Shown here piece after piece: positions 50,537 to 61,919 of a stretch of DNA of 64,000 nt. Source of the stretch: Octopus sinensis (Eukaryota); NCBI RefSeq assembly GCF_006345805.1, contig NC_043002.1:77004001-77068000 (forward strand). Reading direction: 5' to 3'. The notes under the pieces were generated by a model. It made no database searches. It had not been told where the DNA came from and worked only from the letters and a program-made list of their open reading frames with translations. The first letter of the stretch is position 1, and each line of letters starts with the position of its first letter. Both the position numbers and the translations under genes were made by a program.

Positions 50537-51039
50537 GTGTGTGCACATCTTTGTTTGCTTATGTATGCATGTTTGTGCCTGTGTGTGTAATGAAATTTGT
50601 TCTATGAAGCAGATAAACAGTGATGGTTGTCACAGTAATATCAACTACCACTGCTACTATTACTGCTGCTACCATGACTTTCTGTTTGCAGATCTGCAAA
50701 GGAAGGGCAATATTGGTAGCCTTTTCTACCTTTATAGACAAATGAATTGAAGAAGTAAATGTAATTAATATTCAGTTTGAACATATTCATAATAACTAAG
50801 GAAAGAAAAAGTGCAGAAAGAGTGTTTCAAAGGGATTCAATTTAGGAGAGGAAAAATTGTTTAGGGGTTTTTAGTACAAAATTTTGGAGGCTGATACATA
50901 AAAATGGGAGGAGTAGCAGAAACAGGTGGATCAAAAGGTTTAGTTGGTTGTGGTATATGGCAGAGTTTGGCTGTTGAAGCAGTAGTGATAGAGAAGACAG
51001 CAAAGATCCAGCTCAGTAGTGGGCTAGTAGTAACTGTTG

Positions 51040-51155
51040 TCTTCTTCTTCTTCTTCTTCTTCTTCTTCTTCTTCTTCTTCTTGTTCTTGTTCTTCTTCTT
51101 CTTCTTCTTCTTGTTCTTCTTGTTCTTGTTCTTCTTCTTCTTCTTCTGCTTCTTC
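51040..51155. repeat. (TTC)n / (GAA)n with TTG interruptions
   Basis: Near-pure pyrimidine strand triplet array. Confidence 0.95.
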
Positions 51156-51621
51156 CAATCAGGACTCATGCCATTAGCCACAAAGAATAATCTCTAATTC
51201 AACCCTACTCTAAGCTACTAAGAATGCGTGTGGCAACTTGAAGATCCACCCACAACACACGATAGACTGGCAGTTGCACGGGTGTGAAAGCTACATTGTT
51301 ATCCTCATTCCATAAACGGTGGCTCTTAATGGGTGGAGAGCTGAACCATCCTGGGATACAGAGGATTTGCAATCCAGACTAGGGTCTGAAAGTTTACCAC
51401 ACCATAGTGGGTTACACCATGGTTCCAATGCTTTGTGGCAGAAGTAGGAAGAAAGAGTGAGAGAAAGTTGTGGTGAAAGAGTACCCCGCCTCCCACCGGA
51501 GCCTCATGGAGCTTAGGTGTTTTTGCTCAATAAATACTCACAATGCCTGGTCTGGGAATCGAAACCGCATTCTTACAACCATGATTCCGCTGCCCTAACC
51601 ACTGGGCCATTGTGCCTCCAC
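51156..51621 (-). mobile_element. SINE family D, long variant, probably ending in the (GAA)n tail
   Basis: 51400-51621 matches 8140-8341 including the tRNA-like head; leftward extension to the TTC array is inferred. Confidence 0.7.
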
Positions 51622-51629
51622 AGTAACTG

Positions 51630-51870
51630 TTGTTGATTAGACCCAAATTAGCCCTGACTAAAAAGTCATATGATGAAAGATTTTCCAGCCATGGCCATCC
51701 AGTTCTTTTCACTTCAGTTTTTTTTTTTTTCAGGAATAATAAAGCTTAGACTACATTGTCCAATGTGTGTGTCTTTTTAAGATAGTGGTGTGTGATTTTA
51801 GGGAAATTTGGCTGTTATTTCTAGCATGTTGAAGATCCATGCAACAGTAGCCCCATTGGCTCATCTTATA
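51630..51870 (+). mobile_element. Family G repeat
   Basis: TTCCAGCCATGGCCATCC ... GACTACATTGTCCAATGTG ... GGCTGTTATTTCTAGCA. Confidence 0.7.
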
Positions 51871-51954
51871 GATTTATGGTGTTGGAGTGTGATTAGCATA
51901 TCTAGAAAATTTTTTATTTTTTAATATATGGAACACAATGTGATGGTAGATGCA

Positions 51955-52163
51955 TCATCATTATCATCATCACCACCACCATCACCAATATCACCACTAT
52001 CACCACCATCATTGTCATCATCTTCATCATCGTCATCATAACCATCATCATTATCATCATCATTATCGTCACCAGTATTAGTAGTAGTAGTAGTAGTAGT
52101 AACAGCAGCAGCAGCAGTAGCAGTAGTAGTAGTAGTAGTAGTAACAGCAGCAGCAGCAGCAAC

Positions 52164-52201
<38 letters not shown>

Positions 52202-52212
52202 TAGTGGTAGTA

Positions 52213-52260
<48 letters not shown>

Positions 52261-52292
52261 CAACAGCAGCAGCAGTAGTAGTAGTAGTAGTA
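51955..52292. repeat. Compound (ATC/ACC)n and (TAG/CAG)n triplet arrays
   Basis: Direct repeats. Confidence 0.95.
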
Positions 52293-52859
52293 AGCAGATG
52301 TTGAGGCTTGCAAGTGGGAGGGCTGCAGTAGCTGTCGTAATGGTAGTGTTAATAAACAGTGAGAATTACTGTTTGTTGCAGGTGTGTAATGGAATAATGG
52401 TAGGCATCTTCAGTGGCTTTGTGACTGATAAGGATGATGATGGGGGTTGGGGGGAGGTCAGTAGTGATGTTGTTAGGTAGCAGCAGTATTGACAATAGAT
52501 AAAGTTACTAACAACAGTAGTGGGTAATGGTTGTGATGGTGGTGGTAGGGGTGGTGGCAAGTATTTTATGGCATATGGTTCTGATATTTCAGGTGCTGTT
52601 TGGTTGGTTACCAAGAATCAACAGTGGTCAGGAAATCTAATCTGTGACCTCCCAGATTGTTATCTTATATTTAAACTTTCCTTACAAGATGGCAATGTCC
52701 TGCAGCAATGAATTTAATGAGGAGCTGTTAGAAAGTTAGGAAAGTTTTCCTAAGTAGGCCTGGTTTGGAGGAATAATGTCTGTACAAGAATATGAAATGT
52801 AATTTCAATACAAACAACAACAACAACAACAACAACAATAATAATAATAAGAGCCATTG

Positions 52860-53065
52860 AAGTTTCTGGGTTATCACACAACTTACAAGTAACAGCAGTT
52901 TAATCTCATATTACACTCCTACCATCTCAAGAAGGAGAAGAATACATTGAACAATATAGTCCTAGATATGCAATGCCTGAAAGAAGGATGTGTTGGTCAT
53001 GGCTGGAATAACTTTGATCCTAGGTTTGCTCAGTTAGGATTGACCAAGGGCTAAACTATGCCATT
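52860..53065 (-). mobile_element. Family G repeat, reverse
   Basis: CATTGAACAATATAGTCCTAGAT ... GGTCATGGCTGGAATAACTTTGATC. Confidence 0.7.
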
Positions 53066-53224
53066 GATAACAAGTACAGTGTTAGTTGTAATGGATGAAT
53101 TTCTTTGATTCTTTTCAATGTATTTACCATTATGCTCATTTTTTTCTGTCTTTTAACTTCTTTTAGCCTCTAATTTTAACATAGATTCTTCTTTAGAAAA
53201 CTTCACAAAGAAAAAGGTGTCATT

Positions 53225-53435
53225 TCAAATTTTTGCACAGGGCCAGCTATTTGGGGGCAGGGAGTAAGTTGATTATATGAACCCCAGTGTTCAACAGGTA
53301 CTTCTTTTATCAACCCCCCCCCCAAGGATGAACTGTAAAGTCAACCTTGGCGGAATTTGAACCCAGAACATGACAGACAAAATGCTATTAAACATTTTGC
53401 CTGGTGTGCTAAAAATTCTGCCAGCTCAACACCTT
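53225..53435 (-). mobile_element. SINE family B
   Basis: GTCAACCTTGGCGGAATTTGAACCCAGAAC reverse core. Confidence 0.85.
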
Positions 53436-53568
53436 GAAGTTAAATATTACATAGGTAATGATAATTAATTCAGTAGAATAAAGGTAAAAAACGCAATTCG
53501 ATACTCAATCAGATGAACATATAAACCTTATCTGTACTACATTCATATTGATTTTTCTTGTTATTATA

Positions 53569-53640
53569 CAGGGTGTTCCAAAAGTCACTGATGGGTTTCA
53601 GTTTTTAATAACTTCCTTAACTTTACAAATAAATGCATGG
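53569..53640 (+). mobile_element. Possible Tc1/mariner terminal fragment
   Basis: TA-CAGGGTGTTCCAAAAGTC resembles Tc1-type termini; no partner TIR found. Confidence 0.3.
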
Positions 53641-53721
53641 TTGTCATGGCCACAGTGAAACAGCAATACTTTCACAATGACTAGCGCAGAGTTACTTTCC
53701 TCAGTATTAAGCTCCAAAAAT

Positions 53722-53940
53722 AAGGTGATGAGCTGGTAGAAACGTTAGCACACTGGGTGAAATGCTTCTCAGTATTTTGTCTATCCTCACGTTCTGAGTT
53801 CAAATTCCACCGGGGTCAACTTTGCCTTTCATCCTTTCGGGATCAATAAATTAAGTACCAGTTACATACTAGAGTTGATCTAATTGACTGGCCCTCTCCT
53901 TCAAAATTTCTGGCCTTTGTACCTAGAGTAGAAAAGAATA
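53722..53940 (+). mobile_element. SINE family B, well preserved
   Basis: AAGGTGATGAGCTGG head, GAGTTCAAATTCC, TAGAAAAGAAT end. Confidence 0.92.
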
Positions 53941-55189
53941 TTTAGTTATGTTCCTTTAAGTTTTGAGTTTATATCTTGATGCAGCCAGCTTTGCTTTTTA
54001 TCTCTCTGAAGTTGAGTAAATAAATACCAAAACCTGGCATTATACAGCTGGAATGTCTTTGATCGTAAGTCTGTTTGATTAGGACTGACTTGGGGCTAAC
54101 CAAAAGCTAGAACAAAGCTCCATCCTTTTGATGTATGATCACATGCAATAATAACAGTACAGACAGGCTATTTTACATTGTAACACTTGTTTTCATCTGA
54201 TCATTGAAATAATGTTAAACCTAGCTGGGTTTGGCCTGTTGGGAAACTTGGTGCCTTAAGCAACTTATAAGAGCCCTTGTAAGCCAGTAAAAGAAACTAT
54301 TATTATCATAAGTACCAGTTTCTGAAATGTTATCTTTGCCAAAAGCACTGCTAAGTTTATAATTGACAATAATAGTGCTGAGCCAACAAAAGAACTTCTA
54401 TATGCTTTTTTGGCCAGGCAGAAATAGTGACTAAACTCCTTCAGATCACTTCGTACTGTCTTAAAGAAAGGACATGTTAGATAATATTATCTAAAATATA
54501 TTGTAACTGAAAAGAAAAGGTAAAAATAGATGGAATGGTCTTGGAAGGAATGACTTTTGGTCATAGATTTGCTTGATTAAGGTTGATTTGAGGCTAATCA
54601 ACAATAACAATCATAATCACAATGCAAAAGCTTTTTATTGATTTAAGAAAGGAATAAGCTTATTAAATACTAATTGGCACTTATGAAGTTACAGCTATAG
54701 ATGTTACTGTCTTATATTACTCTTTCTTCTTTTGGCAGAAGGCCAGAAATTTTGAGGGGAGGAAACAAGTCAATTATATAGACATCAATACATGACTGGT
54801 ATGTTATTTTATTGACCTTTGAGGGATGAAAAGCAGAATTTGAACTCATAATGTAAAGAACTGAAAGAATTTCCACTAAACATTTTGTCTGTTGTGCTAA
54901 CAATTCTGCCTTCCCTAGTGTATTACTGGTACTTATTTTTAGCGATATTTTTAGATTAAAACGATAAAAGCAATCTGTGCAAGATTTGAACTCAAAACTA
55001 AGAAATAGCATGGTTATACATTATCAGACTAATTAACACTGTTTTGTAGAGGAAAAAACAAAAAAATACTTTAATATTTTCATTTACACTGTATTTCAGC
55101 TAATTGGATCTCTGGTTGTCATCAGGTCTGAAAATTTATAAATTGCATTAGCAACAACTCATTTCAGACATTTGCATTTAATCATTTAT

Positions 55190-55425
55190 GGGAAGTAATG
55201 GTTACATATCCAAGAAGCACTGGCTGTATGCCTGAGAAGAAGTGGTTACATGTCTCAGAAAAAATGGTTACATTTTATGGGTAGTGGTGGTTACATACCT
55301 GACAAGAAGTAGTTATATGCCTGGGAAGTAGTGGCAATATATCCAGGAAGTGGTGGTTGCATGCCTTGATGTAGTGGTTACATGTCTCAGAAAGAGTAGT
55401 TAGAGGCCTGGGAAGTATTAGCTGA
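55190..55425. repeat. Degenerate 22-bp minisatellite, about 10.5 units
   Basis: Consensus GGGAAGTAGTGGTTACATGCCT; units of 21-23 bp. Confidence 0.85.
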
Positions 55426-55928
55426 TACAAGCAAGATATTACTTACCAAAGTTCTTTCTCTGTCAGTTGCAAAAACTCTACATCTTATCAAAACGATTTC
55501 TTAATTATAGTTCCTAGTTAATAGAAAAACAAAGTGGAATTCTTACATAAGAGACTGGCTGAAATGTAAATGGTTCTAAAGTAATGGAGTGTAATTCAAC
55601 ACGAGTTAATTAATAAACAGTGAGTCATTTTACACTATATTTATGAATGAAATAAGATATTGCTCATTTGATTTAATCAACAACTCATTAGATTCAATAT
55701 GCTGTAATGATAAACATATTAAATCTCAATTCTTTTTTAAAACTATTACTTCTACTACAAATTTTATTATTAGTGCAAGCATGGTTTGTGTGTTTAGAAA
55801 GTGCACTTTCAGTCACATGACTTCAGAGTGGCTCCTACTGGGTGATGGTTTAAACAAGTGACTTGTGTAATAGCCTTGAGTTGAGTGATGCTTTGTAAGT
55901 GAAACTGTACAAAAAAACCTGTTGTATA

Positions 55929-56788
55929 TGAGGAGGTACCCAATAGTTACTGGAAGCGTTCTCTGTGGGACAAGCCTGTTGTAGTTCGGTTTTCTGCTGC
56001 AAGAAGCCACTTAATGCAACCTTCAGGCATAAGTCTGTTGACCGGTGTCATACCACCACATGGTGTGTCTTTGTTTTGCAGTGCTTCTTTCTTGTTCATT
56101 GATTTTGCGATGGCTGAAATGAAAGAACAGCATGTTTCCATGAAATTCTGTATTCTGCTGGAGAAAAAGGTAGCTGAAATAGTTGTCATACTTCAAACAG
56201 CTTAGAGGGATGCTGCCATGAGCAAAACACAACTTCATGAGTGATTTTTATGCTCTAGGAATGGTCACTTGTCACTTGGAGACCAACCTCATTTAGGACA
56301 ATCATTGATCTCCTGAATGAATGAAAACATCATGAATATTCATGAACTGATCTTGGAGGACCATCACTGAACAATTGACGAACTTGAAATGATTGGTGTG
56401 TCCTGGAGCTCCTGTCAACGAATGAAAAGAGTTGCAACAAAATTTGTGCTTTGCTTGCTTATGGAAGTTCAAAAGAGTCACAATAGAATGTGTGTTGGGA
56501 ACTTAGAGAGCAGTTGATCTGGATTTTTTTTCAAAAGTCATCACTGGTGATGAAAACTGGTGCTATGGAATTTGCAAATGTGGAAGAGGAGAAGAAAAAA
56601 GCAACAGAGTCATTAAAGGGCATCACTTTGCAAGAGTTCCAGCACTGCTTTGAACAGTAGAAAATGCATCTGAACCGATGCATTGCTTCAAATGGAGAAT
56701 ACTTTGAAGGTGATAAAAGTGTAAACATGTAAAACTAAGTGAATAAAATAACATTGCAAGATTCTTGTTTCTTATAGGTACCCTCTCA
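55929..56788 (+). mobile_element. Mariner (Tc1/mariner) transposon, internally deleted, inactive
   Basis: TA-flanked imperfect TIRs (TGAGGAGGTACC / GGTACCCTCTCA); decayed transposase from ATG 56110 with N-terminal HTH region, VITGDENWCY motif at about 56537-56569 and C-terminal RCIASNGEYFEGD; stops and a frameshift. Confidence 0.92.
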
Positions 56789-58994
56789 TATGTGTGTATT
56801 TGTCTCTGCGTGACTTCACATCACCACTGCTTAGATAACATTTCAAAAACAAAATTTCCTGTAGCTCAGTAGTTTGATGTGTGAAACACTAATAGAATAA
56901 AGTTCCTTAATAGAGAGAGAGAAAAAAAGTTGACATACAATACTGTCTCAAGAAGTCTTGTTAAACCAATATCACCATGGTAAAAGATGTTGCAAAAACG
57001 ATGATGAGGATGAGCATGATGATGACAGAAACTTAGGTGAGGGATAATATCTTAGTGAAACCAACAAGGTTTCAAATCTTAGGTAGGAATTGCTTTACTT
57101 GTGGTTAGCCCTTTTGCGATCATTTTTCTCAAAGACATATACGATTTGTGTGTTCGTGTTAATTTTGGAAATAATTAAGAATTATGAAAGGATTCTATAA
57201 AGTCCCTTATTCAATGGGACATAAATTGACAGATTTTAACTCAAATATGAACACTTCACCCCACAAGGTTTTGAACTATAAACTTTGTAGTGATTCTAAG
57301 TGACTTGGTATTGAAAACATCAACATGCTTGATAGGAGCATAAACCAAAAGCTCCTGCAATAAGAAAAGGAGTTTTAATGTCTATATTTATTATTTAAAT
57401 CTGGTTAGGGAGCTTGCTTCCTAGCTACATAGTTTTGGGTTCAGTCCCACTGCATGGCACTTTGGGTAGGTGTCTTTCACTATAGCCCCGAGCTGACCGG
57501 AGCTTTGTGATTGAATTCGGTAGGTGGAAGTTACTGCCGTGTGTGTATATGTGCGTGTAGGTGCTTGTGCCTCTCCGAAAGAGAGAGAGAGGGATTTCTA
57601 GTTTACAGAAAAATTTTTATAACTTCCAAAAATTGTTTTAAATTCAACAATTCAGAGATGGAGATAGAGGTAGCAATGTAAGAAACATATGATTATACCA
57701 TTCATATAATTTATGAAGATCTTGCAGTTTGTCTTTTTGTTTTGTCTATTTGAAATTCAAATATTTTTGAAGGAATTTTAAAATTACACTACTCTTATCT
57801 ATTCATTTTTTTTTTGTCTCTTGTAAACAGTGTTCCATCTTCTTCAGTATAAAACCTCAGCAGTTTTCATCTCCACAAAGTTTATGTTATACTTTTATGC
57901 ATGATATATTCTGCTCTATTTAGATCTTCTTAGAGTAAGTTTTTCATTAGAAGCCATTCTGTTTTTGTTGATATTTTTTTCTTAAAGTACTTTTTTTTAA
58001 AGATATATATACACTTCAGTGGAGCACTGTTTTTTTTGTTGTTTTTTTTTTTATCTTAGACGTGGAACATTTATCGAGAATTTCTTTTGATGTTTATGCT
58101 TATTTTCACAGACTGTTGCTAGACGTCTGTAATTACAGGGATTCTTTTTTTTATGTTCATATTTGTTGATATTTTGATTTGGAGAGTTTTCTCAACTTCT
58201 TTCGCTGACACATTGTTGTCCTTTTGAAAAACTTCCTTTCTCTGTGTTCAAAAGCTAGATATCAAATCAAAGTATCTATTATCAGTATTTACATTTTCCC
58301 CTCTCTCATATTCTTGCGACTTCATACCTAGGAAGAAAGAAAAACACAACAAAACAAAAAACAAAACTGACAGCAACAACATAGTTATATGAATTTTATA
58401 ATTGTTGTTTTTATCAGAATGGTAAAGGATTTACATATGCTACTATGTTAGACTTGTTGTTTAATGGCATTTCATTTAGTATCTCTTTATTCTGAATTCA
58501 AACACCTTTGAATATAATCAGACAAGCATCAGTAGTATAATGGGGTAATTCAATTGACTATATCCTTCTCTCCATTGAAAACTGGTCATCTGTGTAATTA
58601 TAAAACAAAAGTAAACCCAAATTTGTTGTTATTGTTATTGTTATTCACACGTTGGACCTATTTATTGCTTAATGTTATATTTTGTTGCCAAGGAAGGAAC
58701 AACTAAATTACAGATTTCACTATACGCTGACGTCTTTGTTTTGCTTTTGCTTTTGCTTTTTTTCTCTTTGCTAGAAAGGCAAACTTACTCTGTTACTATC
58801 TTATCTTTGCAAATGTTAAATGGATGCTAATTTGCATTAGAAAATCATAAAAGAAACACAAACTCTCAACGTATGGAAATAGAGTCAACAATGACTTTTA
58901 TTTATTAGAATAAGTTTTCACACAAAATGATTCCATTAAAAAGATAAATTAAACAATTACTAATAAAATAGATAAGTATATTGGTTTATTGATT

Positions 58995-59242
58995 GAAATA
59001 TATATGTGTGCGTGTGTGTGTGTGTATTTATGTATATATACATACATATCATATATATGTGTGTGTGTATATATATATATATATATGTATGTATATATAT
59101 GTATATATATATATGTATGTATATGTATATATACATATATATACATACAAACATAGATGTGTGTGTGTATATATATATGTGTGTGTATGTATATATGTGT
59201 ATGTATGTAGTATATGTATGTATGTAGGTGTGTGTAAAAAAA

Positions 59243-59270
<28 letters not shown>
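58995..59270. repeat. (TA)n/(TG)n/(CA)n compound microsatellite
   Basis: Direct repeats. Confidence 0.95.
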
Positions 59271-59273
<3 letters not shown>

Positions 59274-59573
59274 AATCAACATTTTAATAACTATATATAG
59301 ATGTGTCAATAAATTATAGTAATATACCAATAGATAACTTTATAGCTGTCATAACAGATAAAGAAGTCGCTAACTTGGTATATAAATTCGTTGATACACA
59401 GATATCAATACATAACTTGATAAATCAAATGAAATTATTATCCAAGACTTTGTAATCCCATATAAAATGTTAAATGTTTAAACAGAATTCTCCAAAGTTT
59501 CCAAATGTTTGTGATAATTCATCATTGCAACTTGTATGATTTTTATTAAAATGCTTTTCTATTTCTTTTTCAG

Positions 59574-59586
59574 GTACTATTAAGTG
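59574..59586 (+). other. Candidate 13-nt microexon
   Basis: atgcttttctatttctttttcag|GTACTATTAAGTG|gtgagt: long pyrimidine tract, TGC at 59552-59554, consensus donor. Confidence 0.6.
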
Positions 59587-59749
59587 GTGAGTATCTTCTA
59601 AATTTTACATAAATAATGGTTTTTTTCAGACATAATTTTGGTGGCTGAGTTTTGGCTTCTAAAAATACTTAGAAACAAACAGATTTTTGAGGAATTAAAT
59701 GAAACTTATGGAATCTACTTCTGGAAGAGAATATCTACAACTAGTACTT

Positions 59750-59965
59750 ATTTTCTTCCTCTTTTACCATTTTTGTTACAATATTCTACATTAATTTTGA
59801 AAATAATGAAATATTTCATAAAATAATTCTGTTATTATTAAATGGCATTTAAAATAAAACTTAACATGAAATTTTGATTGAAGGATTTAACTAAAACCAT
59901 TTTAAAACTAGAAGTTTATATCATTGAACCAAGGGTAGTTGCATGCAGAGTGGTTTCAAAAGGTA
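59750..59965 (+). mobile_element. Family F element
   Basis: TTAATTTTGAAAATAATG ... AACATGAAATTTTGATTGAAGG ... TTCAAAAGG. Confidence 0.6.
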
Positions 59966-60150
59966 CCCTTTAGCATTTAAACTGGCCATAGCTAGCTAAA
60001 ATATTCTACCTGTTTTATGTTCAAACTGTTAAATTCTGGCTTTTCACACCTACCACACATAGTCATTCTAAAAAATCTCAAAACTACGATGAATTCAAAA
60101 CAATGTGAGTAAATAAGTATTAAATTTGACAGATTAATCTCAATGTTAAG
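59963..60150 (+). mobile_element. piggyBac-like MITE family E, diverged, abutting the end of family F
   Basis: CCCTTTAGCATTTAAACTGGCCATA ... TTTGACAGATTAATCT. Confidence 0.75.
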
Positions 60151-60639
60151 GAACAAAAGCTGAGTTAATTTTGAGAGAATTTAAGCTTCTGAACTCCAAA
60201 GTGATTCATATTTACAAATATGTTAAACTGAGGCATGGTAGATGAGAAGTTATGATTCTAAATGCAGAATATACATTCAAACCTTATTTATGCATGATAT
60301 TCTACAGGAAGTAGGCACAACATGATGAAGTAGTTAATGCTAGAAGAGTTTTCAATTATAATAACCATATGCTCCAACTATTAGAAAATATTAAAAAAAA
60401 GCAAAAATAAAATCCACTGGATGTGCGTTTGATTAGTCTCAATAACACTAAACAAATGAGACAGATATTCACATGATCGGATACTAGACTATCAAAGTTA
60501 ACTTTCCAGAAAGCTTCTCAGATATTTATTATGATTTTTACCACCTCAAGACACAAAAAACGCCTATGACCTGCCATATAGATCTGTATTTATATGATTG
60601 TAATCCATTGCTTTATCTACATGTCCTCCTGGCATCCTA

Positions 60640-60870
60640 CCTCAGTAAACCATCAAGTGGATCTTCTCTATAGGTTACCCAGACTTCTAGGAATAACAGC
60701 CAAATCACCTTCAAAATATATCCTACCATCTTAAAAATTGAGAAGTATACAGTGAATAATGTAGTTCAAAGTACAAATGCCTGAAAAAAGGCAGGATGGT
60801 CATTAGTGGAATAGCTTGATTACAGGTTGTTTTATCAGAGCTGACCTGAGAGCTAAATGACAACATCCAG
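60640..60870 (-). mobile_element. Family G repeat, reverse
   Basis: CTAGGAATAACAGCCAAATC ... CTGACCTGAGAGCTAAA. Confidence 0.65.
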
Positions 60871-61900
60871 TCCATATTGTTATTTCTGTGTGCATATCTT
60901 ATTGTATACACTCGTGTGCATTGATATGCATAAATTAAATTAAATTAACTTTGTTAAACATGAAATAGTTTATTTCATTAAATATTATTAGATCATTAAA
61001 AACACTCTTCATCAAACTTTGAACTCAGCTATCCTTACAGTACCAAGCCAGATACTTATAGTAAGATTATTATCCTCTTAAGTGGTGGTTAATTCTATTG
61101 TTTATGATTGCCATATTTAAAAGTAGATTCAAGATGTGTGTTGGGGAGAGAAGAGATTAATGTAATTATTTTAATCAGCAGCTCCACTTTGACCATTATC
61201 CTTAATTGCTTTGCCAAATGAGAGTGAATAACATGAAGAAACAAGAAATGGACAAGAAAATGTTAAGACAGAAAGGTTTAAGGAAAATATCGTTTGAACT
61301 AATAAAATTCTCATTATCTATAGACATTGTTACCTTTTTGTGATCATATTTCTAATGAAATACACTGCCTATGTGTTTCGATTATTTAAAAAAATAAACA
61401 AGATTTAGTTGGTGTTTTGAAAATGACTTGAAAAAACATTGTTACATAAAATCTTTGATTGAAAGTTTAAATTTAGATATGAACACTTTAAACTGGGAAG
61501 TTTTCTATCATAGAAGCAGAGGTAGTCTCAGGCGGGTTGATGTCAAAAAGGTCTGCAGTAAACAACTTCTACCTCTTATGAAAGCAAAATATTTCGAAAG
61601 TCAAGAGGCATAACACAATTAGCATAAGATTTTTTTTAATTTGTAAACTCTCACAAAATTTTAATTTGGCTAATTAGAACAGAAACAACTTATTAATTTG
61701 ATTAAAAGTTTAAAAGTAAATTACTCATGTTTCAGAAAATGTGCTTTTAAATTTCACAATCCGTTGCATAAAAAACATCCAGTCTGGTAGATTATATTAC
61801 TTATAACACTTTAATTAAAACTTACTATAGCAATTTTATTACTACTGCTATGGTTTTCTTCTCTCCCTTTTCCTTTCTCTCATTCCTCTACATTTTGTAG

Positions 61901-61919
61901 ATGATGAAGTTTAGAATAG
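61901..61919 (+). other. Candidate 19-nt exon (start MMKFRI) or start of a terminal exon (DDEV-stop)
   Basis: About 44-nt pyrimidine-rich tract ending cattttgtag|ATGATGAAGTTTAGAATAG|gtcagt; AATAAA at 62320-62325. Confidence 0.5.

Noticed and set aside
50861-51197. Poly-Lys / poly-Phe ORFs
   Set aside because: Translations of the (TTC)n array
55190-55425. CRISPR-like array
   Set aside because: Degenerate tandem units with no unique spacers and no cas genes; animal genomic context
55447-55459. 13-nt minus-strand microexon (AGAAAGAACTTTG)
   Set aside because: Acceptor lacks a pyrimidine tract; likely chance
26722-60150. Strictly alternating orientation of the five MITE-E copies
   Set aside because: Only five copies; alternation has 1-in-16 odds by chance and was noticed post hoc
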